A DNA stretch of 64,000 nucleotides from Heterodontus francisci (taxonomy: Eukaryota), in NCBI RefSeq assembly GCF_036365525.1, contig NC_090375.1, forward strand, positions 138,482,982-138,546,981, read 5' to 3'. The notes below the pieces were generated by a model. That model was not told where the DNA came from. It saw nothing but the letters and a program-made list of their open reading frames with translations, and searched no databases. A program made the translations under genes and the position numbers. Of the stretch, positions 26,226-39,359 are shown in pieces. Numbering within the stretch: the stretch's first letter is position 1; every line of letters begins with the position of its first letter.

Positions 26226-26835
26226 AGGTTTACACACACTCAAATAAGTTGCAGAATGGGAAGAGCTAGATTGGTTGAGTTAGAGTCCATAAAAAAGGTA
26301 TATAGTCTGTGGAGTTTGGTGATTCGGCTGGCTTCTAGCTGAATTCGGTGGTCCTGAGGATTTTAGTTTGAACAGGTAGATGACTGATTCGATAAATCTC
26401 TTGGAGATAGCGATGCAGATGATTTCCTCCAATGGGGATTCTGATTGTAGTTGGAGTATGCAAAGGTGGTCAGTCAACAGGCAGGATTTAAAAGCTTTCA
26501 AGCTGGAATGGAGAGAGAGAGCGGGAACCCCCACTTGGGTTGTCACATGTTAGAGTACAAAAGCTTCACCTCTGCTTCAGAGAGAAACACCAGCTTAAAA
26601 ACCACAGGTGGGGAGGGGCTTGTTACATGACAGTCACTCAGTCATTCAAACATAGCAGTCAGCAGTATTTCTCTGCTTGCTGAAAAGAACTTCTGGGTCT
26701 TGGTTCTTGCTGGGGCATGAGTAGACACTTTGTCTCCATCCTCACAGTTCTTTTCAATGTATGATACAGTATAGGAAACTAGATGATCATCTTAAGCTGC
26801 CTGCAGTCATCCTGTTTTAAATGTTCTTTTTAAAT
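25941..26835 (-). mobile_element. LTR, same family as 6693-7636, ends eroded
   Basis: Collinear similarity over ~900 bp, with a (CA)n expansion at 26186-26222. Confidence 0.8.
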
Positions 26836-26939
26836 TTCTGATTTTGAACTGACCCTCTCTGGAGAAGCAGTCTCTATCTAACACAAAGCTTTAGCTTCAT
26901 ACCACATTCTATTTCCAATCTAGCCCGCTGCCAGATAAG

Positions 26940-27575
26940 TTTTTCTTTATTATTTCATGGGATGTGGGCATCACTGGCTATGCCAGCATTTATTACCCAT
27001 CCCTAATTGCCCTTGAGAAGGTGGTGGCGAGCTGCCTTCTTGAACCACCGCAGTCCATTTGATGTAGGTACACCCACAGTGCTGTTGGGAGGGATTTCCA
27101 GGATTTTGACCCAGCGACAGTGAAGGAGCAGCGATATATTTCCAAGTCAGGATGGTGTGTGACTTGGAGGAGAACTTGCAGGTGGTGGTGTTCCCATGTG
27201 TCTGCTGCTCTTCTCCTTCTAGGTAGTAGAGGCCATGGGTTTGCAAGGTTCTGTCGAAGGAGCTGCAGTGCATCTTGTAGATCATACAGACTGCAGCCAC
27301 TGTGTGCCAGTGGTGGAGGGAATGACTATTTAAGGTGGTGAAAGGGGTGCCAGTCAAATGGGCTGCTTTGTCCTTGATAGAGTCGAGTCCTTGATTGTTA
27401 TTGGAGCTCACTCATTCAGGTAAGTGGAGAGTATTCCATCACACTCCTGACATGTGCCCTGTAGATGGTGGACAGGCTTTGGGAAGTCAGGAGGTGAGTT
27501 ACTCACTGCAGAATTCCCAGCCTCTGACCTGCTCTTGTAGCCGCAGCATTTATATGGCTCATCCAGTTAAGTTTT
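26940..27575 (-). mobile_element. CR1-group LINE 3' end (partner of the tRNA-head SINE)
   Basis: 'HSLHHWHTVAAVCMIYKMHC' C-terminus. The tail 'gggcaattagggatggg.aataaatgctggc' is shared with the SINEs at 28143, 37430 and 59238. Confidence 0.7.
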
Positions 27576-27579
27576 ACAC

Positions 27580-27975
27580 AGAATCACAGAATCGTTACAG
27601 TGTAGAAGGAGACAATTTGGACCATCATGTCCGCACTGGCTCACTGAAAGAGCAATTCCCTCAGTTCCATTCCCCCGCCTTCTCCCCATAACCCTGCACA
27701 TTCTTCCTTTTCATAGAACTGCCTAATTCCCTTTTGAATGCTTCAATTGAACCTGCCTTCACCACGTACTCAGTCAGCGCATTCCAGACCTTAACCACTT
27801 GCTGCGTGAAAAAGTTTTTCCTCCTGTGTCTTTTGTTTCTCTTACCAAGTACTTTAAATCTGTGCACTCTCGTTCTCAATCCTTTCACAAATGGGAACTG
27901 TTTCTCTCTATTTACTCTGTTCAGACCCCTCATGATTTTGAATACCTCTATCAAATCACCTCTCAGCCTTCTCAT
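27580..27975 (-). mobile_element. CR1 LINE 3' fragment
   Basis: RRLRGDLIEVFKIMRG...KNFFTQQVVKVWNAL. Confidence 0.9.
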
Positions 27976-30043
27976 AGGTAGGAAGAGGGATGAGGTCCTG
28001 AAAGCAGATTTTAGGGAGTTACGAAGGAAATTAAAAAGCAGGATCTCCAAAGCAGTAATCTCAGGATTACTCCCAGTGCCACATGCTAGTGAGCATAGGG
28101 AAAGGAGGATTGATGGATTGAATACGTGGCTGGAAAAAAGGGGGAGGTGGTGGTGTCATGGTAATCTCATTGGACTAGTAAGCCAGAGTCCAGGCTAATG
28201 CTCTGGAGACATGGGCTCGAATTCCACCATGGCAGATCGTAAAATTTGAGTTCAAATAATAAATCTGGAATTTGAAAAAAGCTATTCTGATGATAACCAT
28301 TGTTGATTGTTGTAAAAACCCATCAGGTTCGCAAATGAACTTTAGGGAAAACAATCTGCTGTCCTTACCTGGTCTGGCCTACATGTGATCCCAGACCCAC
28401 AGCAATGTGGTTGACTCTTAAAATGCCCTCTAAAATGGCCTAGCAAAACACACAGTTCAAGTGCGATTCGGGATGGGCAATAAATGCTGGCCTCACCAGC
28501 AATGCCCACATCCCACAAAAAAAAAATGGGATGGGAGGAAGGGCATCAGATTTCTGAGGCATTGGAACTAGTTTTGGGGCAGGTGCGACCTGGACAAGAT
28601 GGAAGGATGCCACCTTAACAGGACCGGAACTAACATCCTCGCAGGGAGATTTGCTAGTGCTGTTGGGGAGGGTTTAAACAAGCTTGTCAGGGGAATAGGA
28701 ACCTGAGGGGTAGCTCAAATTGGAAGGAAATAAAGTTGGTAACACAGGTAGAAAAGTAACAAGTGACATTAGAAGCAGGTGAAACAAAGGCGAGCATAAC
28801 AAAGGCAAGCATCAAATAAGCTTAGAATGCAGAATGTTAAGAAGACAAGGTTAAGGGCACTCTACTTGGAATTTCAAAAGGCCTTTGATAATGTCCCCCA
28901 GAGGAGGTTGGTTAGCAAAATTAAAGCACCTGGGATAGGAGGTAATATACTGGCATGGATTAAGGATTGGTGAACAGGCAGAAAATAGAGAGTAGAAATA
29001 AACAGGTCATTCTTGCATTGACAGACTATGACTAGTGAGGTACCACAGGGATCAGTGCTTGGGCCCCAGCTGTTCACTATATTTATCAATGATTTGGATG
29101 TAGGGACCAAAGGTAGTGTTTCCAAGTTTGCAGATGAACAAAACTAGGTGGAAATGTGTGTTGTGAGAAAGATGCAAAGCGGCTTCAAGGGGATTTGGAA
29201 AGACTCAGTGAGTGGGCAAGAACGTGGCAGATGGAATATAATGTGGAAAAATGTGAGGTTATCCACTTTGGTAGGAGGAATAGATGTGCAGAGCATTTCT
29301 TAAATAGTGAGAGATTAGAAAGTGTAGATGTACAATGGGCGTCCTTGTCACTAAGTCACTGAAAGCTAACATGCAAGTGCATCAAGCAATTAAGAAGGCT
29401 AATGGTATGTTAGCCTTTATCGCAAGAGGATTTGAGTACACGAGTAGTGAAGTCTTGCTTCAATTGTATAGAACCTTGTTTAGACTGCATCTGGAGTACT
29501 GTGTGCAGTTTTGGTCCCCTTATCTCAGGAAGGATATTAGTGCCATTGAGGGAGTGCAACCAAGATTCACCAGACTTGTTTCTGACTGTCCTATGAAGAG
29601 AAATTGGGGAAACTGAGCCTGTATTCTCTAGAGTATCGAAGAATGAGAGGTGATCTCATTGAAAACTACAAAATAGTTAAAGGGATAGACAGGGTAGATG
29701 CAGGTAAGATGTTTCCCCTGGTTGGGGAGTCTAGAACCAGGGTACACAATTTCAAAATAAGGGAGAAGCCACTTAGGACAGAGATGAGGAGAAATTTCTT
29801 TACTCAGAGGGTTGCGAATCTTTGAAATTCTCTACCCCAGCGGGAGGTGGAAGCTCAGTCATTGAGTATGTTTAAAGCAGAGATTGACAGATTTCTAAAT
29901 ACAAATGACATAAAGGGATATGAGGATAGTGTGGGAAAAAGGGATTGAAGTGGATGATCAGCCATGATCGTATTGAATGGTGGAGCAGGCTCGTTGGACT
30001 GAATGGCCTACTCCTGCTCCTGTGTTCCTATGTTTCTATGTTC
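27976..30043 (+). mobile_element. CR1 LINE with ORF1 remnant, internal deletion and RT/3' end
   Basis: ORF1 'LKSRISKAVISGLLPVP' (SGNH-like). RT 'FQKAFD', 'VPQGSVLGP'. (ctatgttt)n tail. SINE inserted at 28143-28526. Confidence 0.85.
28143..28526 (+). mobile_element. tRNA-head SINE (second family)
   Basis: A/B-box-like head, conserved body 'ccttacctggtctggcctacatgtga' and poly-A tail. Confidence 0.8.
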
Positions 30044-30815
30044 TTCTCCAATCTTTCTTCAGAACTGAAATTCCTCATCCCTGGAATCATTCTCGTGAAT
30101 CTTTTCTGTACTCTCTCCAATGCCCTCACATCTTTCCTGAAGTGTGGCACCCATAACGTCCTTGCTCTTATACTCTATGCCCCTATTAATAAAGCCCAAG
30201 ATAATGTATGCTTTAGTAACCGCTCTCTTAACCTGTTCTGCCACCTTCAATGACTTATGCACATATACACCTAGGTCCCTCTGCTCCTGCATCCCCTTTA
30301 GAATTGTAACCTTTATTTTATATTGTCTCTCCATATTCTTCCTACCAAAATGAATCACTTCACATTTCTCTGCATTGTACTTCATCTGCCACCTGTCTAC
30401 CCATTCCATCAACTTGTCTATACCCTTTTGAAGTTCTACACAATCCTCTTTACAGTTCACAATGCTTCCAAGTTTCATATTATCTGCAAACTTTGAAATT
30501 GTACCCTGTACTTCGAGGTGTAGGTCATTCATATATATCAGGAAAAGCAAGGGTCCCAACACTGATCCCTGTGGAACCCCACTACAAACCTTCCTCCAGC
30601 CCGAAAAACATCCATTAACCACGATTCTTTGTTTCCTGTCAGTCAGTCAATTTCGTATCCCTGCTATTCCATGAGCTACATGTTTACTCACAAGTCTGTT
30701 GTATGGAACTGTATTAAACACCTTTTGAAAGTCCATGTACATCACATCAACAACATTGCCTTCATCAACCCTCTCTGTTACCTCCTCAAAAAACTCCCGC
30801 AAGTCGGATAAACAT
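30044..30815 (-). mobile_element. CR1 LINE RT fragment
   Basis: [26 protein letters not shown] and KCEVIHFG. Confidence 0.92.
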
Positions 30816-31455
30816 GGTCAATGGGATTCAGCAATGGTAATGCTATTGAATGTCAAGCGGAGATACTTAGATTCTCTCTTGTTCAAATCCATTGCCTGAC
30901 ACTTGTGTGGTGCAAATGTTACTTGTCACTATCAGCACAACTTAATGTTGTCCAGATCTTGTTGCATGTGGACATGGACTGCTTCATCATCTGAGGAGTT
31001 GTGGATGATATTGAACACTGTGCAATTGCCAGCGAAAGTCCCCACATCTGACCATATATTAGAGGAAGGTCATTGATAAAGCAGCTGAAAAAGCCTCGGA
31101 CACTACCTTGAGGAACTCCCGTAGTGATGACCTGGGGCTGAGATGATTCGCCTCCAACAACTACAACCATCTTTCTTTGTGCTAAGTATTACTCCAACCA
31201 GTGGAGAGTTTACCCCCGATTCCCACTGACTTCAATTTTTCTAGGGCTCCTTGGTGACATACTTGGTCAAATGTTGCCTTGATGTTAAGGGCTGTCACTC
31301 TCACTTCACCTCTGAAATTCAGCTCTTTCATCCATACTTAGACCAAGGCTGCACTGTGGTCAGGAGCAGAGTGACCCTGGTGGAACTCAAACTGAGCATT
31401 GGTGAGCAGGTCATTGTGTAAGTGCCGCTTGATAGGATTGTCGACAACATCTTCC
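30816..31455 (-). mobile_element. CR1-group LINE RT fragment
   Basis: 'LLTNAQFEFHQGHSAPD' and 'GVPQGSV..FSCFINDLP'. Confidence 0.75.
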
Positions 31456-32330
31456 ATCACTTTGTCAATGATTGAGAATAGACTGATGGCAGCGATCCCA
31501 GTAGTACTGCTGAGACTGCTGAGCTGCTGGCCCTCGGATTGGTTGGCATCTCTTGGGGATAGGATCCTCATCCTTAAAGGGACGGGGACCATGGCGCTGG
31601 ACCGTTAACTGCCTGAGTGTTATAAAATACAGCTGGGGGTCCCCCAAACGGCAGAGGCAGGATTTCACTCACCTTTCTGCATAAAATTCAGCCCACAGGT
31701 TTAGTAAGATGACAGATCTCACAATTACCTGAAAATTCAATAGGCTAGTAAGTTTGCTGATTCAAGAAGGTGTGCAAGATTTAGGTGAATATCATGCTGG
31801 ACTATGATGCAGCTTTTCAGTGACTTATGAGACTGAGCGCTTTTGTGTGCTGGTATAACAGTTAAGTGAACTACTGATCAACCAGAGACAATAGATGTTG
31901 TTTTGGAAAGTGAAGAATTCACAATAGCTCCTGCTTTGGCGCAGTGCAAATAGCAAAACTTGAGACTCTGAAATTCTATATCTGTTACCCTGATCACCTG
32001 CTCTACCTGTGGCAGGAGGCTGTTGGATCATGTGGCATCATTATGATGCCAATGCCATGTTCTGAGCTTGCCACTTGACTGCTCCTGCTCCTACCTACCA
32101 ACCTTGCAACAATTCCTGAGGCAGCCAATTCAAATGCTGTTAAAAGGGATCCTCAGTTATTCTCAGTTAAGCTGTATGGAGTTTTCTGATGCTTTGCTTG
32201 AAGTAGTTTTTTTTAAATCTTAGAGAGTATGCAAGAACTTGTAGGCACAATTGTAGATTCTGAATTGTTAAATCGTATCTGCCATTACAGGTGCTTTGTG
32301 ATGGGGGTCCTTTTAGGAATCCTGGGGTTT

Positions 32331-32629
32331 TGTTAGATTTATGCCAGGTTGCTGGATATATTATGTATATCTGATTTATCTCAACGCAATGCAGATGTAT
32401 TAAATCACCAACTGGTTTATTTACAACACTTTAAATATATCTCAGCTCTAAAGATCTCAGTGCAGTGTCTTCTTTAGAAAAGTCTGTGTTTTTCTGTAGA
32501 AAATTCTAGTCTTGCTCTTTTGGTTTGAGTTTCAAATTCTTCAGCTCCACCCATAGGCTTAAGCAATCAAGCACAGTGAACACAGTTAAATGGACAGACT
32601 AATACAATCAAACCCAGATCAATCAAACA
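32331..32629 (-). mobile_element. Short solo-LTR-like insert
   Basis: TGTTAGATT...AATCAAACA imperfect inverted ends, and AATAAA on the minus strand at ~32416. Confidence 0.45.
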
Positions 32630-32637
32630 TGACTGTG

Positions 32638-33195
32638 ATGGGGGTCCTTCTAGGAATCCAGAAGAAAGGAACAAGAACAGATGCATTTGATGGGGAGAAC
32701 AAGCAGAAGGAGAGATTCCTGGAAGAATCCTTAGCCTCCCAACAGAGTTCACAGGTGCCAAACAACAAACCTGCTGTTCTCTGCAGAACACTGCATAAGG
32801 ACATTATGATTCTCCATTGTTGTGTAACATCCAGCCAGAAGACTGAAGTTCTGATAAATGTTCATTGAGCTGAAGTATTAACTCTGTTTCTCTCTCCGCA
32901 GATGTTGCCAGACCTGCTGATTATTTCCAGCATTTTCTGGGGTTTTTTCAGATTTCCAGCATCTGCAGTGTTTTGCTTTTGAAGAAGACCAAGCTATCAA
33001 CTTCTACTGCTAACACAGTATTGGCCGTTGCGATCAAGGTCACTGCAGCTCTGAACTTCTTTGCCTCTGGCTCCTTCCAGGTTGCCATGAGCAATATCAG
33101 CAACATAATCTGTCATTCTACAGTCTATGCTTGTATTAAATGGGTGACTGATGCTTTCTTTGCTATAGCAAACACATTCATCACTTTCCCAGTAG
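32638..33195 (+). mobile_element. Harbinger (HARBI1-like) transposase N-terminal fragment
   Basis: AIKVTAALNFFASGSFQ...CIKWVTDAFF...FITFP. PLE fragment inserted at ~32870-32980. Confidence 0.8.
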
Positions 33196-33516
33196 TTTCT
33201 GGGCTGGCACTTGGCAGAGTTAGAGGTGCATTGTCATCAAGATTTTCATCGGCAATCTGTCTGTAACTAGTGACCAAACTTTCTGATTGAAAAAGGGGAA
33301 AGGGGCAAGGGTTAAAAAATAGTTCTGAGAGCAACAAACAGCAGATTAGTGACAGTACAACCAAACACTAAGTTGTCATATTCAGGAAGTTTGCAAGTGA
33401 ACTGAAAGAGTTAAGTTGAAAGAAAAAAAGAATGGAAGATGCAACAAACCCTGGTGTGCTAGGCCTCCAGCATCCACATCAACAAAATCAAAAACTTGTA
33501 TTTATATACAACCTTT

Positions 33517-34612
33517 GGGTTGTATGGGATTGAAGGTGATTTAGTGCTTTAGTGCTTTGGATCAGAAATTAGCTAGCTGAAAGAAGACAGAGGGTGATGG
33601 TTGATGGCAAATGTTCATCCTGGAGTTTAGTTACGAGTGGTGTACCGCAAGGATCTGTTTTCGGGCCACTGCTGTTTGTCATTTTTATAAATGACCTGGA
33701 TGAGGGTGTAGAAGGGTGGGTTAGTAAATTTGCGGATGACACGGAGGTCGGTGGAGTTGTGGATAGTGCCGAAGGATGTTGTAGGTTACAAAGGGACATA
33801 GATAGGCTGCAGATCTGGGCTGAGAGATGGCAAATGGAGTTTAATGCGGAAAAGTGTGAGGTGATTCACTTTGGAAGGAGTAACAGGAATGCAGAATACT
33901 GGGCTAATGGGAAGATTCTTGGTAGTGTAGATGAGCAGAGAGATGTTGGTGTCCAGGTACATAAATCCCTGAAAGTTGCCACCCAGGTTATTAGGGCTGT
34001 TAAGAAGGCATATGGTGTGTTAGCTTTTATTAGTAGGGGGATTGAGTTTCTGAGCCACGAGGTCATGCTGCAGCTGTACAAAACTCTGGTGCGGCCGCAC
34101 CTGGAGTATTGCGTGCAGTTCTGGTCACTGCATTATAGGAAGGATGTGGAAGCTTTGGAAAGGGTGCAGAGGAGATTTACTAGGATGTTGCCTGGTATGG
34201 AGGGAAGGTCTTACGAGGAAAGGCTGAGGGACTTGAGGTTGTTTTCGTTAGAGAGAAGGAGGAGGAGAGGTGACTTAATAGAGACATATAAGATAATCAG
34301 AGGGTTAGATAGGGTGGATAGTGAGAGTATTTTTCCTCGGATGGTGATGGCAAACACGAGGGGACATAGCTTTAAGTTGAAGGGTGATAGATATAGGACA
34401 GATGTCAGAGGTAGTTTCTTTACGCAGAGAGTAGTAGGGGCGTGGAACGCCCTGCCTGCAACAGTAGTAGACTCGCCAACTTTAAGGGCATTTAAGTGGT
34501 CATTGGATAGACATATGGATGAAAATGGAATAGTGTAGGTCAGATGGTTTCACAGGTCGGCGCAACATCGAGGGCCGAAGGGCCTGCACTGCGCTGCAAT
34601 GTTCTATGTTCT
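33517..34612 (+). mobile_element. Young CR1 (HER1-like) LINE 3' part with an open 314-aa RT C-terminal ORF
   Basis: ORF 33594-34538 is uninterrupted. The tail 'gggccgaagggcctg' is shared with the HE1 SINEs. Confidence 0.95.
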
Positions 34613-35250
34613 AAAACATCCCAAAGCACTCTTCTCAGAAGTATTAGCAAACAAAATATGACATAAGCCACATAAGGAGATATTAGGGCAGATGACCTAA
34701 AGCTAGTTCAAAGAGGAAGTATTTTCAAGGAGGGAAATGAGAAGGAAAGCAAGATGGAGAGGCAGAGAGATTTAGGGAGGAAATTCCAGAGCTTTGGGCC
34801 AAGGCAGCAGAAGGCATAGCCACCAATGGTGGACCGATTAAAATCAAGGATGCTCAAGAGGCTGGAATTAGAGGAGGGCGGATATGTCATAGCATCGTCG
34901 GGCTGGAAGGGATTACAGAGATAGGGAGGGGCAAGACCTTGGAGGAATTTGAAAACAAGGATGAGCATTTTTAAAATCCAGGGATTGTTTAACCAGGAGC
35001 CAGTATAGGTCAGCGAGGACAGGGGTGATGGGTGAAATGGACTTGGTGCGAATTCGGACATGGGAAACAGAGTTTTGGATGACCTCAAGTTTACAGAGGG
35101 GAGAATGTGGGAGGCTGGCCAGAACTGCATTAGAAAAATCAAGTCTGGAGGTAACAAAGCCATAGATGAGGGTTTCAACAGCAGATGAACTGAGGCAGGG
35201 GCGGTGACGAGTGATGTTACGGAGGTGGAAAGATGCAGTATCCAAAGCTT
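34613..35250 (-). mobile_element. L2 LINE 3' part
   Basis: 'FHLRNITR..LSSSAVETLIYGFVTSRLDFSNA' and 'SPITPVLADLYWL'. Confidence 0.85.
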
Positions 35251-35337
35251 TACCATTTAAAATGTCTGCACAGGGCACCCTATGACTCGCTGCAGCTGTT
35301 CCCTGCTTGAATAAGGGGTTTGTGCAACTATTTGGTT

Positions 35338-35675
35338 GGCACAGTGGTGCAGTGGTTAGCACTGCAGCCTCACAGCTCCAGCGACCTGGGTTTGATTCTG
35401 AGTACTGCCTGTGTGGAGTTTGTAAGTTCTCCCTATGACCGCGTGGGTTTTCGCTGGGTGCTCTGGTTTCCTGCCAAAGACTTGCAGGTTGATAGGTAAA
35501 TTGGCCATTATAAATTGCCCCTAGTATAGGTAGGTGGTAGGGGAATTGAGGGAAGGTGGGGATGTGGTAGGAATATGGAATTAATGTAGGATTAGTATAA
35601 ATGGGTGGTTGATGGTCAGCACAGACTCAGTGGGCCAAAGGGCCTGTTTCAGTGCTGTATCTCCAAATAAAAAAA
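35338..35675 (+). mobile_element. HE1-like SINE
   Basis: Same family as 14557-14910. Confidence 0.88.
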
Positions 35676-37114
35676 TAAATAATATATCATCAGTTGTGAT
35701 TGCAGCATAGAGCCTAATTCACTGAGGAGCTATTCATCCATTGTTTCTTTTTTATTAAAGGGCTGTTGCATGCTTGCAAACATGATAAGACCAATATTCT
35801 TTTACCCTCATCACACACCATGCACTGGATAAACACAATATCCGTGAGGTGTTCTAAACGTGAAGGATGCATCACCCAGATTTTCTACCCTGGGAGAATA
35901 CTCACCTGTGCAGGCCCACCCCTGAAAGGGCCTAGTGCTGGGAACAGGTCAGAAATATGACCATAGCAATTGGTCTCAGTCCCTTCTAGATGCTTATGAA
36001 GATCCTACTGGATCAAAAAGAATAACTTACTTGTTGTCCCCTTTCCTTTTGGGGTTGTGCCCAAACGATCATCAGAATTTTGTGCCACTCCTGCATTTGG
36101 CACCACATGGATGGATTTACGGGAAAGGAGAGAATTGCAGGAAGGTTCTCGCCCGCATTCATTAGCATCAGCATCCTGGACCATTATCAATTGGAAGTAC
36201 GGGATCAGTTATACCTACATAGATAAGGGCTGTACAGCCCATGCATTGTTGTGTGGGTGGAGAGCTGACATGATGTGCCCTAACCCCCCTTTCACCATAT
36301 GGAAATTGAATGTGCTTCTCCTGGGAAGGGTAGATTGAGATAAGAGCCTAAATCTTCCTTGGCCTATCAGAAACCAACAGCATTCCACTTATTCATGTAC
36401 CACTGAAGTGTCCATTTTATATTTGTCTTTTTGAAGAGAGTTAAGTAGTGTGGGACAAAACTACAATACGTCCAGTCAATGATTTCCTGTAAGTGGATTT
36501 GGAGTGGAACAATCTTCAGTGCAGTTCATTAGGGCTTTCTACTGGAAGTGTATCACAGTATATGGACATGTATCTTTTTTTCTAAAATGGTGCAAGTGCC
36601 AGGATTGAAGCCTGAACAATTTCAGGACTTACATGTTACTTCAAAATATATAAAAAAAGGAAAGGATAGAAATACACAACAAGCCATTCAATGTTGTTAA
36701 AGTTTGTCAGAAAGATATACACTCGAAATGTCATAATCAGTCTATTTTTCTTTACAATTCTGACTGATCTGCTGTGCACATGGAGCTATATCTATGTTTT
36801 ATTTGCAACATTTGCAGTTCTTTTTACTTTATTTTACTTACTCTTCAGATATGGGGGTGAATTCTAGCTTGGTAGGGGCACAGAATGGATGGTATTAAAT
36901 AGGTCACCCTTTTTAGTTTAACTTCACTTGTTAGTGCCTATTTTTCACCATTGCTGAAGTTGAACTTCACCCCACTAAGCTCATAATCCAATTAATAATG
37001 CTATTTAAATTGGAAAAGAAAATGGTTTAGGGAAATTGCTAACAATTCAGTCTTCTTCGAAATATGTCTGACTGAAAGGAGCACAGTAAAGTTAATGGTT
37101 AATTTCTGAACAAT

Positions 37115-37985
37115 TTTTAAAACTCATTCACAGGATATCAGTATCACTGGCATTTATCGCCCATCCCTAATTTCCCTTGAAAAGGTCGTGGTGAGTCATC
37201 TTCTTGAACCATTGCAGTCTGTGTGGTGTAGGTACACCTAGAGGGTTGTTAAGGAGGGATTTCCAGGATTTTGACCCAGTTGCAATGAAGAAATAGCAAT
37301 GTATTTCCAAGTCAGGCTGGTGTGTGACTTGGAAGGAAATTTACAGATTGTTCTCACGTGCCTGTTGTCCTTGTTCTTATAGGTGGTTAGGTTGTGAGAT
37401 GCTGTTGAGAAAGCCCTGGTGAGTTACTGTAGGCGATAGTGGTGTAGTGGTAATGTCACTAGGCTAGCAATTCAGAGTATCTGAGCACGTATCCTGGGGA
37501 CATAGGTTCACATCTTACCATGGCAGCTGGTGGAGTTTGAATTCAACTAACTCATAAAAATTCAATTAGTTAATAGAAATCTGGCATTGAAAGTTAGTCT
37601 CAGTAATGATAACATGAAACTATCATCAACTGTAATTAAAAACCCATCTGACTCACTAATGTCCTTTCGGGAAGGAAACCTCCTGCCTACTTGTGACTCC
37701 AGACCCACAGCAATGTAGTTGACCTTTAAGTGCCCTCTGAAATGGCCCAGCAAGGCATTCAGTTCAAGGGTAAGTAGGGATGGGCAAAAAATGCTGGCCT
37801 TGCCAGTGATGCCCATGTCTCATGAAAGAATTTTAGAAAAACTTGTAGATGGTACCTTAAGGGTCACAGACCTGAAACATTAACTCTGTTTCTCACTTCA
37901 CTGATGCTGCCAAACCTGCTGAGTATTTCTGGCACTTTCTGTTCTCATTTCAGAGATCTAACATCTGCAGTATTTTGCTTTTATG
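37115..37985. mobile_element. Cluster: LINE 3' end (-), tRNA-head SINE (+, 37430-37840), PLE fragment (37860-37985)
   Basis: Similar to 26940-27260, 59238-59630 and 62553-62655 respectively. Confidence 0.7.
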
Positions 37986-39359
37986 TTGGTGGTATGCTTG
38001 ATATTATTCCCCAAAATTTGTGCTGTTGTTCAATATTTTGCTCAGGGGTAACTTTTGTTGCACAAGAATAATATCATGAGAGAAACTTTTACTGATGTTT
38101 TTAACAGTATTGCTGCAAGTCATTCTCTGAGAACTTTTTCCTGCTATTTAACACGCAACTAAACACAACTAAACCACCACTATCTTCCTCAATTGTTAAT
38201 TTTGAATATGAAGATATATTGGAGCCAAAAAAAATGTGGCTTGAAGGTCTGAAGCAAAATAACTTGTAATACCCAACAGATTGCATCCACTAAATTAAGG
38301 TCCAATGCTTTGGGAAATAGTTGCTTGAAGACAAATTTATGTACACTTATGCACCTAACATGCCAAAGGTAACCTAATTTTTTGATCTGTATCTCAACTC
38401 AATAAGCCATCTACACACAAGACTGGCAACACTGTCTTAGGATATAATTTGGCCCAAGTGACATATTGAACACTTTGTCAAAAGACATAACTGGAGGATG
38501 CCATCTGTCTTGCATATCTGTCCCTCATTTGGAATGAATTAGAGGCTGGTGCAGGAGAAATTACAATGAAGAATCGGGAAATGGCAGAGACATTAAACAT
38601 ATATTTTTGGGGAAACTTTAACCAGGAAAGGTGGGTGGATCTGCAAACAATGGCTGCTTAAAATAGCTGAAATTGCCAGCGTGTGGGGAAGCCAGCAGAA
38701 ACCTGTCGACTTCTGCTTTAAGCTCAGTGGGATCTGCAGCATACAGAAAACAGCTATGTTGGTAATTTAAATATGTTAAATACTTATTATCTCCTTCTTT
38801 AGCCCTGAATTCTGACTTTAATGGTGTGTGCATGTGTTTCCCGGGCTTCCTGGAACTTGCCAGGAAAATGATGGCAGGAAGATGGTAGGATTTGAGGGGT
38901 CTGAACAAGTGATAGGCAAGAATTGCATTAAATGCTGATGTTTTGTCCTTATGTTGTTTTCTGGTTCCCAGATTTTGGAAAGAACCACACTTTAAACTTG
39001 GAAAAGGCTGGAGTCAGTCTTGTTTATTTCAGTACTGTGCTTTGTACTGTGGAACCTGATTCCACAGGTTCTTGTGTTACATACCACATGACTCCCCAGT
39101 GCAGCCGTGAATGTGGCCCTCTACTGGAACACTTACACATAACAACTAGTTCCTAGTTAATTAGTTCCTAACACTTTACAGATAGTATAACAATATATAC
39201 ATTTATAACATCCCTTTTTCTATAAAACATAATGCCCCTATATCAATACAACTGTCAATATAAATAAAAAAAGATAATCATCTGACTTGTGGAAATAATC
39301 TGAACCCTCTTTTTAGAGTCTTTTATAGCGAGTATTTTTAAAAAATATTATTCACGGTA

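Noticed and set aside
36057-36338. 'NPPF' suggesting an N6-adenine methyltransferase
   Set aside because: It is an isolated tetrapeptide with no SAM-binding motif or clear exon boundaries.
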